The notes under the pieces are model-generated. The model worked only from the letters and a program-made list of their open reading frames with translations. It had not been told where the DNA came from and searched no databases. A DNA stretch of 59,837 nt, filler included. It is 2 parts of 2 records of this genome, joined end to end, with 100 filler letters (N's around TTAATTAATTAA, not from the genome) between each part and the next. Parts side by side here need not be neighbours in the genome. Positions count along the whole stretch, not along the records: positions 1 to 31,933 come from SRR20825019_328; 1 more part is not named here. One strand, 5' to 3'. This document shows positions 12,501 to 23,991 of the stretch, piece after piece (position 1 is the stretch's first letter; each line of letters starts with the position of its first letter). A program made the position numbers and the translations under genes.

Positions 12501-13487
12501 TCAGCCTGTCCATTGTCTCCCTGTGTTGACTTTCAGAGAAAGACTCGCTAGTTGTGTCTGACCCTTCCACAAGAGAAGTGACATGATCTCTCAATTGATT
12601 AGCCTCGACTTCTTTCCTTGTCATTTCTTGTATTTTCTCTTGAAGGCCCAAAACTAGAGTCCTTTCAACTCGGAGTTTTTCGCCCAAAGCGTCATCAAAA
12701 GGAGCCATTTCATCAAGATCCATCACGCGCCTCCACTTCAGAAGCATGTCGAACTCTGGATTGGACTGTTCGGCGTCGTTGTCAAGAAATTCTGCATACT
12801 TTTCAACATAATAACTCCTTATTTCGGTGTTGCCAACATATTTCAAGAGCATATCTCTGTCCTCTGCGAGGAGATGACACCTTTTTGGACATTGTTCTCT
12901 AGAAATAAACATATTTGACACAGAAAATCCGCTCTCGACACTTGATGGACTTCCGGAACCCACAGAGGAAGGACTTCCACCCGGTGAAATCGGCGATCCT
13001 CCATCTAAGTCTACGAGTCTTTCATGACGTTGATGGGCTGGTTTGCCACTACAAACTAAATAATCACAAGAGGAACACAAGTGATCAGACCCAAAGTAAT
13101 TGTTAAAGAGCTGAGTCCGACTGTATGACATGAAATCAATAGTTGGATTATGAGGAGTCGCGTGCACACATACCAGATTTCTCTCTCAGAGCGGTCTAGC
13201 CTCGAACGGCGACGTAGGCTGGTTCCAAAAAGACGCGGATACGCACTGTACAAATCAGCTTCGCCCTCGGAGTCGTCACTTGACGGTGATCGTGAACTGA
13301 CATCACTATCATACGTTTCCTTTTCATATGGCTCTGCGCTAGATGGCTCTGCGCTAGATGGCATCTTGCCTGTGTCCACCCATCTAGGAACTATTTGTGG
13401 TGGAGCTCCCAGAAGGTCAAGATCGGCTGCAAAAGTGGTGGCTCCTAAGAGTATGAGAAACACGGAAGCTCTCAATATTGTCAGCAT
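9574..13487 (-). CDS. Large secreted atypical Ser/Thr protein kinase-like protein, about 1290 aa (exons 13487-13174, 13120-9574)
   Basis: Signal peptide MLTILRASVFLILLGATTFA. The 53-nt intron 13121-13173 joins in frame to the 1197-aa ORF. Kinase motifs YILK, NEV, HLDLKLDN, KLGDWD, SPPE, DAWSVG. Confidence 0.82.
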
Positions 13488-13599
13488 CAGCGAGCCACTG
13501 CCTGCATTATAACATTACGTATATTCCGATACATCAACAGCAAAAGAATTGCGCAGTATGAAATCACCAAGCGGCGGGTTGTCTGCACTGTACGACCTC

Positions 13600-14100
13600 A
13601 TGGACGAGGCCCGGCTACCGCTCGCCCAGCCCACTCGCGTAGAGCCTCTCGGTGACCAGAACCACAAATGACGATCTGGCCCGTTCAGTGCCGATGCCGG
13701 GACGGTGCGCCCGCGTCATTGGCTTGCCGCGCCGGGCCGGGGGGGCCGCCGGCCGGGCGCCGGGCAGCGTCCGTGGAGTGGCGCCAGTCGTGTCGCCGCC
13801 GGCGCCGGCGCGCCAGCACTGATCAGTCCGCCGGTACCGGCGAACTGGGCGTAGGATGTACGTTCGATTGACATGAATCAATGGGTCATCTGAAAGTTTT
13901 TTGGAGATGACAGTCCGGTCATCACCGCCCCCTCACCCGACCCACAGGACGCGGGGCCGACTGATGACCACCCTCAGAAGGGTGAGGGGCGGACGAGGCC
14001 CCCTCATCACTCTCATCTGACAGGGTCGGTTTTAGCATCGATCAGCCTGGGCCACCCGGCGGGCCAATTGCCGCTGCTGTCAACACGAACTTTCCGGCGT
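13600..14100. promoter_or_regulatory. GC-rich island in the divergent kinase / EF-hand gene promoter region
   Basis: GC-rich blocks between divergent ATGs 13487 and 14246. Confidence 0.55.
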
Positions 14101-14245
14101 GGCTATAGCACGAACAGCATTATGGCGCTGGTCATCACCTCAGTGACTGGTCGGTTGTCACTACCCAACCACCTTGCTACTTACTCAGTATGAGTATGAA
14201 GTAATTGCCTCTACTCTTGGAGAAATCAAGTACACCTTAATAACC

Positions 14246-15460
14246 ATGGCTGACACCCCTAGACGCAAACTCTCTTCCAGTATGTCAAGCAGACCACCAG
14301 TTGATCCTTCAACAATCAATGAGTTTGGAGACCTGAGCGACAAGCTCAACTGTATGTGTGTTTCATGGAAACGCCATGCTGGTATCTTACTATGACTTGC
14401 AGACAAGCAGCAGGCAGTCTGGTTCATGAATGGATTCTGGCCTGAGATCTACAAGTTGAACCACATGGAACTGATATATACTTATGTTGCTAAGTTCGTC
14501 GAACTCGATCTCCTTCAGCTTCCTCCTGCGGGAGTTGATGGTCATGACTTGGACGCTCTACAGAGCGCCAAGTTTATTGAACAAATGGATGAGGTGAGCT
14601 TTCTACAATAGTGGCTATCATGTCATTAAGTTCATGTTCTGTGCTCAGGATGCAATGACTGCGACTGAGAGGAAGGAAGCTCTCCGCACAATTGATCTTA
14701 ACCACAATAACCGTATGGCCTGCATTGGTATGTGTGCTTTCTGTATCTGTAGATTTAGACTGTTACCGACTAGAGTTTAGAGTACTTGACTTGGAAGTAC
14801 AAGAAGTCTGTGGAGCAGGTTGTGAAGGCTCCCCAGGGTGACAACACCGAACTGTTGGAGAAGGCACAGGCCAAGATGGATGCTGTGGCTAAGGCCATTG
14901 AGGAACTTACCCCAAAGCTTGAGGCTGCCCAGAATGCCGCGGCAGAGGCCAAAGCTGCCGAGAATGCAGTCAAGAAAGCTGAGGCCGATCTCCAGCAAGC
15001 GGTTGAGGACTTAAACGCTCAGGAAACCGCCTTCAACAACAAGATCTCTGAGCTGGAGAAGCTTGCCGGCGATATGTCCCTTGGTGTTGTGAAGCGTGGC
15101 CGCGCTGCTAACGAGATGGAGCAGCTTAAGAGCGAGGATCCCCTCCCGCTGCGCACTGCAAAAATCACCCAAGAGGCGGCCCTTCGCAGAGTCACTAAGG
15201 AACGTAAGGCTGCTGAGGAGGCTACTGCCGTTGCTGAGAAGGCACAGAAGGAGTTGGAGGATGCGTACGCCGATCTGGAAGTCAAGATGAAGGAAACCCA
15301 GGCGGAGCTTGAGGAGGTGAAGAAGGGCGGTGGACCTGCTCATGGTGCGATGTGGTGGATGGAAAGAGAGCTTTATGAGGCCGACAGGTCTCTCCCGAAG
15401 GCAAAGCAGCGCTACGACCATACCAAGCCCTTGGAATATGCCTGGGAACCTACTCAGTAA
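14246..15460 (+). CDS. EF-hand plus coiled-coil protein of the protist 'TolA-like' family (exons 14246-14351, 14403-14593, 14649-14727, 14781-15460)
   Basis: Spliced protein has WFMNGFW, an EF-hand-like loop IDLNHNNRMACIEYL, PQGDN, an Ala/Glu/Lys coiled coil, EDPLPLRTAKIT and AMWWMERELYEA. I recall these motifs from amoebozoan proteins annotated 'TolA-like'. Confidence 0.7.
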
Positions 15461-15501
15461 ATTTGTATACGTTTCAACTTATGCAAAGAAAAGCTTTCGT
15501 T

Positions 15502-17606
15502 TTACTTTTTTGAACCGCTCACGGACACAGCGCCAGTCAGGTATTGTCTCGTGGGATCCACAGACTTTCGGACCGTTGCTGCAGATTTCACCCTTTTCAT
15601 GTTATTGGTAGCCTTGTTGCACGTACCCACTGCATTTTCAAGATCCTCCATCTGCTTGTTGATTTCGTCGTGGAGAGAGCTGTTTGATGACCACGCTGTC
15701 CATTGCAGACCTGCCGATGCAAAATAAGGAAAGGTCGCAAATCAGATCGATAACATGCCATACCGTTGCCCTTTTCTCCCTTCCTCACGACTGGCTTATT
15801 TATCACTCCCAATGGTACATCTATCTAGGCATCAGTACTGGAAAAATAGAATTCTTCGCCTTTGTTACCAGAAAGCCGCCGCTCTTTCAGGGCGTTCTCC
15901 TTACGCATAGTTTGATTCCCTCCATGCCCCATCGGAGCACTAGCCGATGTCGCATATGACCGGGGCGTAGTGGAAGCGCTATCCAATGACGTTGTAACCC
16001 CGCTACCCAACAATTCTTCGTATCTACTTCTACATTTGGATTCCATGCTCTGTAACAAAGTTATCTTAGCGTCATAATGGCTTCAACATGCAATGAAACA
16101 TTGTACCATTAATTTCTTCTCTTGGTTATGAAGTTTGTCTTCAAGTACCAAGACATCATTCTCATTTTGCCGGATCGATCGCAGTTTCGATGACATCTCC
16201 TGCAAATCCTTTTGACAGCTTTCTGTCACACCTTCCAAACGACTCCACAATGATTTGACCGCCTGATCTGCATTGGAAGAACTTCTCTGCAGAGTCTCAA
16301 TATCACCTTTGAGAGCCATTTCGCCCAACTCCCAATCTTTCCTAAATCCCTTCACCAAACCTGCAACCTGCTTAGACACCATTCTCTCTACTTCCACATC
16401 ATTCACCGAGACGTCGCTGCTTCCTGAAACTTGGCTTAACTTCATCCTTTCCAATTCCAAGGACATGTTTTTCAATTGGCCTTGAAGTCCGGCACTCTCC
16501 ACTTCAAGAGATTTCATTTTTTTTATAACCGTAGTCAATGTACCTTCGAACGCCCTCTTGTCAGCATCCTCGGATACAGTTGTCTTATCCGTGGCCTTCT
16601 CATCCCATGAAATCATTGCCTCCATTGCAGCAAGCTTCTCCCGATCTGCAGCCATTTTTTCATCTATGTCCTGGAAGCGCGCCGTGATTCCAGGGAGGGC
16701 TGACGAAAAGTCAAATCCAGACTCTTTAGGACGAGTGAGATTCTGTTCAGCATTGGAAAGTCTTTCCTCCAAGTCCTTAATAGCGGCTTCTGCCCTTGAA
16801 AGAGCCTTGCTGTTCTGGCTAGAATCTTCGTTTTTCGAAATTGGGCCAATGGCTTCTAAGCTCGACAGGCGCTCCTGCAAAAGCTTGATGCTCTCACTGC
16901 ACATGGTGACAAGGGCCTTAACGTCACCAACACCTCTCACAGTCTCCTTCAGTTCTTGCAGACTCTCCACCTTCGACGACAATTCTTCGTGATCGTTTAG
17001 CCTAACTTGCTTCTCCTTGATGAAATCCTCCGCCAGTCTTTGCACCGAGGCCTCGCCATTGTCTCGCACGTTACTAATATCCCGAGTAAGAGTAGCTTCC
17101 GCACTTTCAATCTTACTTTTCATGTCAACAAAGAGCTGCTGGAATCTCTTTTCTGCTGCTTCCGCCATCTCATCAAGACGATCATCCACACCTCTCAGTT
17201 TGTGCTGCAAGTTGTTTGTTGCACGGACTTGATCTTCCAGCTTACCCAGTTTACCCAGCAGGCTCGTCTCGAGCTCATCATACTTTCTCTCAAGTCGCTC
17301 TAGATTGGCCGCCTTTCCTTCCACTACATGCAACCTATTGTAGAACGCCTCGGACACCTCGCACAAACGGTCTGCTAGTTTGGCATCCGAGTGCTGAACA
17401 ATGTCAGATCTGAACTTATCTAGTGATGGCATATTCTGGGTAAAACTGCCTGCCCAAGAATACAAGGACTCAATCTTTTCTACAAGGGTATCTATGGTGG
17501 AAGGAACAATTGGTGCGACATTTACCCACTCGTCACTGTTAAACTCATAGTTAAAGGGCTGCGGCCCAGGAGGATAGGAGTAGGCATCCATTCTCTCCAT
17601 CGGCAC
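15502..17606 (-). CDS. Coiled-coil hypothetical protein (long first exon plus short 3' exons)
   Basis: A 507-aa ORF rich in heptad-like L/E/K/S. Downstream ORF pieces are joined by short introns and end ..SVSGSKK*. The 3' exon boundaries are approximate. Confidence 0.7.
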
Positions 17607-17679
17607 TGCATCTGATACCGTGCTTTACATGTTGAGGGATTTATACGACACAGGAACTGTACGCCTCCTCAGCACTGAA

Positions 17680-17900
17680 TGTGTGGCCGGCCAACGGCTG
17701 ACTTGGAGAAGCAAGTGAGTCAAGCACCGGCCGGCCGGCCAACATATCTCCAGCAGGCCATTGATTCAGCTCTCTCAGGCGTGGTGGTACATGCCAGTTT
17801 CGAAAGCATGCTCTAGTACTCGTTAGCCCGTCAACCGTGGCCGGCCCCCCGGTGGCCGCGGCGGAGCCGCGGCCGGCCGCACTACTCCGGGTCGGTCCCA
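17680..17900. promoter_or_regulatory. GC-rich island upstream of the 17606 gene
   Basis: GGCCGG-rich block just 5' of ATG 17606. Confidence 0.5.
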
Positions 17901-18525
17901 CCGGAATTCAAAGACCGGCAACATTCCAACTTGCTATGGTAATTTGTACTGTAAATAGCGGTTTTCATTTTATATCCAAAGTTTTGAGTTAATTATGAAA
18001 TGTTTGCATTTTGATTAAGGAAAGTTTCGTGTAAGGTATTACAATACCAAAACATTTCATACATGCCTTCGACCCCATTGTTTCGTAGACATCTTGACAG
18101 GATTAGCTACTTGATTGGTTAAAAATAGATCACCTCCTAGTTATTGATAAATGTTATCTCTGAGCAACGTTAGGGCTTGCTCGAGAAGGTGGTTGATGGA
18201 CTCGGGAGTAGCAGCGTCGGCCTGCGTATCCGCAGGCGGGGGCGTGGTCATGGCTGGTGCATCATCTGTGTCGCGAGCTGACACTGTTCTTTCTGCTGCG
18301 TAGGTCCGAGTGATTCCACCACATCAGGGATAACACTGCGAGTAGTGTGTAGGTCGTGAATGCTTATCTCCCTGCCGGCCTGCTTGCTGGTAGGGGTGGG
18401 CAGATCCAAACTGCTCCTCCTCCCGCATACTCCTCCCTTCCACACAACCCGACGATACCGACTTCGTGTCCCTTGCTTTTATATATGAAGGTATAACACA
18501 TTACAATATCCATAACCCGGGAATC

Positions 18526-19238
18526 ATGAAGGTTACGGCTCTTATCTTGCTTGGCCTTGTTGCTTACAGCACTGCTCTTAATATCCGTCAGGCCGACGGT
18601 GCTGCCCCTGCCGCCGGTAAGGATGCCACCGAGCCCAACGATGTCGATGACAACACCCCCCCCGAGCTTGGTAGGTTTATCGGCTTGAACTTTCTTAGCT
18701 GAGCTTATAACGGTATGCTTCTCTGCAGTCACCCTGAAGTGCTACGCTAATGTTGAGATTTCCGCTGGCTCCAAGCCTAACGTTGGTTCCTCCACCTGGT
18801 GGACCGCCCAGTACCCCACCATGCAGGACCTCGTGAAGATGTGCTCTACTGATGAGACCAAGGTTGACCTCGAGCTCTCCGAGCAGTACAAGAAGCTTAT
18901 GATGGCTGCTGGCGTTACCTCCTACCCCATCCCCCGCGGCAAGACCCTCACCTTCGTCCAGGGTGACAAGGATGGACCTTCCTTCTCCATTCCTTTCTTC
19001 AAGTCTGAGGTCCAGAACCTTCCGGGAACTAAGGTATGTGGCTCTCTTATTGTGATGGTTACTATGGAGTCTGACTAGGTTTTTTTTTCAGTTTGATGGT
19101 ATTCTTCACTGCGCCAAGACCTGGGCGGATACCCACCTTCAGCTCAAGTACTGCCACGCCACCAACGAGCCCGTTGCCGCCGGTGCTGCTGCCCCCGCTG
19201 CCGCCCCTGGTGGTGCCAAGGCCCCCGTCAACCCGTAA
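18526..19238 (+). CDS. Small secreted protein, about 198 aa, 4 Cys, Ala/Pro-rich ends (exons 18526-18670, 18729-19033, 19092-19238)
   Basis: Signal peptide MKVTALILLGLVAYSTA. Two 58-nt introns restore frame. Marked codon bias (AAG, GAG, C/T-ending codons). TATATA at about 18478-18486. Confidence 0.85.
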
Positions 19239-19382
19239 TTGGTTGGATGTGTACAATCATAAACATCTTTAGAATCATGTTCTTTCGTATGCATGCTTTT
19301 TCATCAGTGGTCTTGTTGCTGCGTTACTGTGGCGCTCATTTCGTCTCACTATTCAAAGTGAAAGTCGGAGCGTCTTCTGTGG

Positions 19383-22153
19383 TTATTGACTTGGTAGTGG
19401 TTTACTGAAGCGCTGGCCCGGGGCGGTCTCATGATTGGATCCCGGAGACACTGTTCAAGCTTCAGTGGTCAAACGAAACTAGGGTAGTCCAAGTTACATT
19501 TCTGAGGAGAGACGCCGTAGTTTCTTGCCGGAGAGTTCCAACAGCGCTGCTGTTAGGTATCAAGGAGTAGATAATCGACTACAAATGGCAACAACTACAG
19601 GAAGTCGACGATAACCCAGGCCTCCATCGATGAAGATGACATCATGGTTGTGGTTGCCTCTGTCGTCCTTGGGCAAGGACAGACCCGAGAACAATGGAGT
19701 CGAAAGGGCCATGGACGTACCCAGTATCCTGTCGAGCTCTTGATGACTCATCCAACGAATGAGATTCACTTTATTTGATGAATAATACAGAATCGTTCAC
19801 AACTTGCAGTGAAAAGTGAAAATCTCAGCAGTCACAGTGATCTGAGGATTTCGGGAAGAGAAGATGAGATATGGTATCTCGATCCCTACTCGACAATTTT
19901 TCAGATTTTGTTCCCTTCTCATTCATTCAGCTTTGCGTGGCTCTACGCCGACCTGCTCCTCGCCGCGCCATGTCTATCTTCTCCTCTGCGGCTGCTTTCA
20001 AGGTTTCAATAATGTACTTTGGATCCGTAGAATTGTCCTCCATTTCAGGCACCAAGCCAGTGTGCTTCACAAATTTGTTGACGTCATTGACCTGTGCGCC
20101 ATGCCACAAGCAACATCAGAAGTCATATACATGCACTCATGTGATGCTACTTACCACACTTCTTGCCTTTTCAAGAGCCTTTCGAGCAAGATCCCCAATA
20201 TGCGTTCCCTGAAAAAAGATGAGGGGGACAACTAGAATGTATACTAATCACCTACTCCATTAATAGCCTTTTCCGTTTCACTGAAGGAAAGCTCTTCTCC
20301 AGGACGATGGGGCATAGGAAATCCGGAACTCTTTCCATCAAAGACTGGTGGTAGATCTCGATGTGTGGGCTGAACAGAACTTGGAGATGATGTCGTTATC
20401 AGCTGGATTGGAAAGTAAGAATTGAACTAAAGATAGGAGCGAGTAGAACGGATCATCACATACTTCCACGCGCATATTGAAAGGGGAAGGAGACTGGTGG
20501 CTTCTTTCAAGCGTAACAGGGAACATATGTGGCGATGGAGTCCTTCCCTTTGGCAAAGAAACTCGGGACAAGTTTTGCGATGAAGATTGAAGCTTGACAG
20601 ATCTGTTGAAGTGTTCGTTGATGAGCAATCTGATTTTCCGGAGGCGAGGAAGCATACCTGTCTTTCACTTTAAGCCAATCCTCATCAAACACCATTCGAA
20701 AGCACACGGACTCTGCGCCACTATCTCGTCGTGTTTCTTCGAGAAACCATGAATCCGACCGAATGGCCCTGCCATTTCCTAAGCCTACCCCTCCCATTAT
20801 TGAATGCTCGCCAACAGGAAGCTTTGGCAAGGACAGCTGCATCAAGGTTAGTCAAAATATTGCACATGATTCATATCATTACCGGAATTCGAGGCTTATC
20901 CCCAAAACGAGGAGTTGACGAGTTGAAAAGACTGTCCGTAGATCCCATCATCCCGAGGTTTTTCAGAGCATTGGGAGTGTAGGTGTTGGAATTAGAGAGT
21001 TTCGATGACCCTGGTGTTCCAGCTTGAAAACCCTGATTTTGGCTGTTTTGTCGCTTCATGGATCGTGTGATCATCCGAGAAACCTTCTTGTCCATAACTA
21101 GAGCGTATCTTATTCAGCACCCAAAGCCACTCGAACCACAGCGTGCACACCTGTCTTGGACCTAGCAAGGATATCTTCGGATATGACTTTCTCACGATCG
21201 CCTTCTTTCAATTCAAGGAAGGTTGGTCGTTTTACTGCGGCGGATACTCTCAACAACGCGACAACCGATTGGATCGACAAGATACTCACGCCTGCCTGGA
21301 TTCACAAAGTGCCCATCATATCTTTCGCCCTCATGAAAGTAGGCTCCAAGCCCACTGATCTCATCTCTACAAAACCCCCCTATATAGCAAGAGTCTGGTC
21401 CCCACACATATCGACCTAGACCGTGCTTCATGTTGGATTGGATTTGACCTTCGAAAAAGTTCTGGTTGGCAAATACTATGGTAGCATGACCATGGCGCCG
21501 ATCTAAAATAGTTGCTGTTAGTCATTTCGCCACTAGTTCACTCAAAACTGATACCATATGTCCATGATCCCATATACACGGTTCCATCAGGCCATTTGTA
21601 GACACCCACACCCTCCCTGCTATCATTCTCCCATTGACCCATGTAAACAGCCCCACTGGGATACAGGCACCGGCCATAGCCGTGTCTTAAACCTTCCTTC
21701 CACATCCCGTCGTACATCATCCTGAAAACTGAAGTTTAGCACAAGGCCTAGCTAGACTGTGGCGACCCGTACCCGTCATGGTATATGCATACTCCTTTGC
21801 CTTCACGCAAGTCTCGATCATGCTGCCCAAGATACATGTCGCCAGTGTTCCAGATGCAGAGACCAGACCCGTGGCGAACCTAGTTACGGAGGGGTTACAT
21901 AACTCACCTCAAATGCACCATACAGTGACTTGTATACCTGAATTTTTTCATACATCGTTCCCCAGGTGTGCACTTCACCCCAATACTGCGCACTGCCATC
22001 ATCAAACGACGCCCCGTCACGCCATTTGCCCTCTCCCCAGAACTTTTCCTTGGTGCTGCTCTTCGATAGACTTCCAAGAATGTGGTCTACTGGAGAAAAG
22101 GTCTCATCCCTATAACCGGGATAAACACCCAAGTCTACTTCAACAACTGGCAT
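19383..22153 (-). CDS. Multi-exon MORN-repeat protein (both ends approximate)
   Basis: MORN repeats YDGMWKEGLRHGYGRCLYPSGAVYMGQWENDSREGVGVYKWPDGTVYMGSW and MKHGLG. Further minus-strand ORF pieces are separated by short introns. Confidence 0.7.
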
Positions 22154-22329
22154 TTCCGCGCTGAGTAGGACTGAAGCTACTATCACCAGACTTGACTATA
22201 CACCTTAAACACTTAGTCGGAAGCCCAGTTATGTAGCACACTCAGCCTTAAAGCTGTGCTCATGGTGTGATGGCGAATGCACATCACTCAAGCTACCAAA
22301 CCCAAAAGATTGTCGCGAGTATCACTGCA

Positions 22330-23060
22330 CCGGCGGACACTCACCGTGTCAGGCGGTGAGTGCTCCCCAATGGACGGGCGACGGTGTTCACGCCGTGATA
22401 CCTCCTTCGCGCCGGCGCCGGAGCGATGGCTCGGTCGCCGGCGCTGTGGCATTGACCGGGGCAGCCAGCCCGCCGTGAACGGTCGTCCCTCCCCGCGCCC
22501 GGCCGGTGTCTTGAGTGGGAGGAGAGCATTCAGGGCTCCATCAGTGCCGGCGGCCGCCCGGCAGGCCCGCGGGATGGCCGTGTTGACTTAAGTTGACAGC
22601 AATCTCGCGTAATCTCAAATAGGACGGGAGTATCGCGGGTTTCTAATTTCCGAGTTCGGCCACGAGCCGGCGGCCGGGCTTCGTGGCCAGTAGGCCGGCG
22701 AGGCGGGGCGGCCCGCGGCGGCCGGGGCACGGACCCGGGCCGGCCCCGCGGGCCGGCGGCGGCGGGCCGGCGCGGCTCCACTACGCCCACGGCGGGCCTC
22801 AGAGCGGGTCCCGCAGGGGCACCGGCCGGGCCGGGGCCGAGGCCGCCGCTCGCGGGCCGCCCGCGGCCCGGCCGCGGCGCCCGCCGCGTGGAGCGGTCGG
22901 AGGCCGAGTTGGGACCCGTCCAGGCACCTCACTGATGGCTACGGGTGGCGAGCGGCGTGGTCTGGACCGGACGTCTGGCCGGTCTTGGGGCCACCGCGGC
23001 CTCCGCCCGCGAGGCCGCGGCGCTCGAGGGACCGCGCGTTCAGTTCGCCAGTCCTGTTCG
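22330..23060. promoter_or_regulatory. GC-rich island in the divergent MORN / calcineurin B promoter region
   Basis: Very GC-rich blocks with a short AT-richer centre near 22585-22650. Confidence 0.6.
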
Positions 23061-23156
23061 GGCCGCATCTTTGCCAGCTCACCACAAATAACGCACCCGT
23101 GCGAGTAGAAGGATTTGACTAGAGAAACCTACACCTACCCGCAAAGTCACAGCACC

Positions 23157-23864
23157 ATGGGCAACGAAACCAGTAGCCTGAGCCCAGCTGAAACTGAAGA
23201 GCTCTGCAGCAACACCCACTGTGAGTGATGTCCTCGTTGCGGCGAAAGTTCGTGCTAAGTGGAACCAAAACCCTTACTTCTGCAGTCAGCGCAAAGGAGT
23301 TGAAGCGGCTTTACAAGAGATTTTGTAAACTAGATACCCACAAAAATGGTGGGATAACGGTGGACGATTTTCGAAAAATCCCCGAGGTATAGGGCATACA
23401 GGGCCTTTATATATAGGTTTTCGTTGACCTTTTCCCAGCTTACCCTCAATCCACTGATGGCCCGCGTGGTTTCCATGTTTGATACGGATAAGACGCATCG
23501 AGTTGACTTCAAGGAGTTTGTCATGGCTTTATCCTCCTTCAGCCCGAGGGCACCTAAGGAGGAAAAACTGCGTTTTGCTTTTCGTGTTTTTGATATTAAT
23601 GAGGATAACTTTGTGTCAAACGAGGAACTTTTCCTGGTATGTTACTTTGAATATTTATGTATGAGAGCAACCATATAAGTTTCTTTTGTACAGATTTTGA
23701 AGATGATGGTGCGTTCCACCCTGAGTGATGTTCAAGTTCAGCAAATTGTTGATCAAACCATGCAAGAGGTAGTTGGTGAAAAAGATGGTAGGCTTTCATT
23801 CGATGACTTTTGCGAGGCTCTTGCGGGAAGCGACTTGGAAGCAAGAATGACCATTCGGTTTTAG
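23157..23864 (+). CDS. Calcineurin B-like EF-hand protein (exons 23157-23220, 23286-23386, 23439-23636, 23694-23864)
   Basis: MGNETS N-myristoylation motif, FSAKELKRLYKRFCKLD, NPLMARVVSMFDTD, EEKLRFAFRVFDINEDNFVSNEELF, ILKMMV, QQIVDQTM, C-terminal MTIRF. Confidence 0.92.
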
Positions 23865-23991
23865 CTGGCAAGCGTCTCAAATTCTCGTGGAAGCTTAGAG
23901 GCATTCATCGTAGCATGGTTGTTGTCGCGAAACGGCTTGTTGTCATGCACCGACAATATCCTGTCAGGAATATAGTGACATTTTTCGTTCT

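Noticed and set aside
13180-13230. RxLR-dEER-like motif in the secreted kinase (SLRRRSRLDRSERE)
   Set aside because: Not an exact RxLR, and it lies far from the signal peptide.
13328-13362. 15-nt tandem duplication encoding SSAEP twice
   Set aside because: Only two copies in a low-complexity linker; not a CRISPR or satellite.
13956-14030. Box C/D snoRNA (TGATGA..CTGA with CCGAC/GTCGG ends)
   Set aside because: The terminal stem geometry does not fit a k-turn, and I recognise no rRNA-complementary guide.
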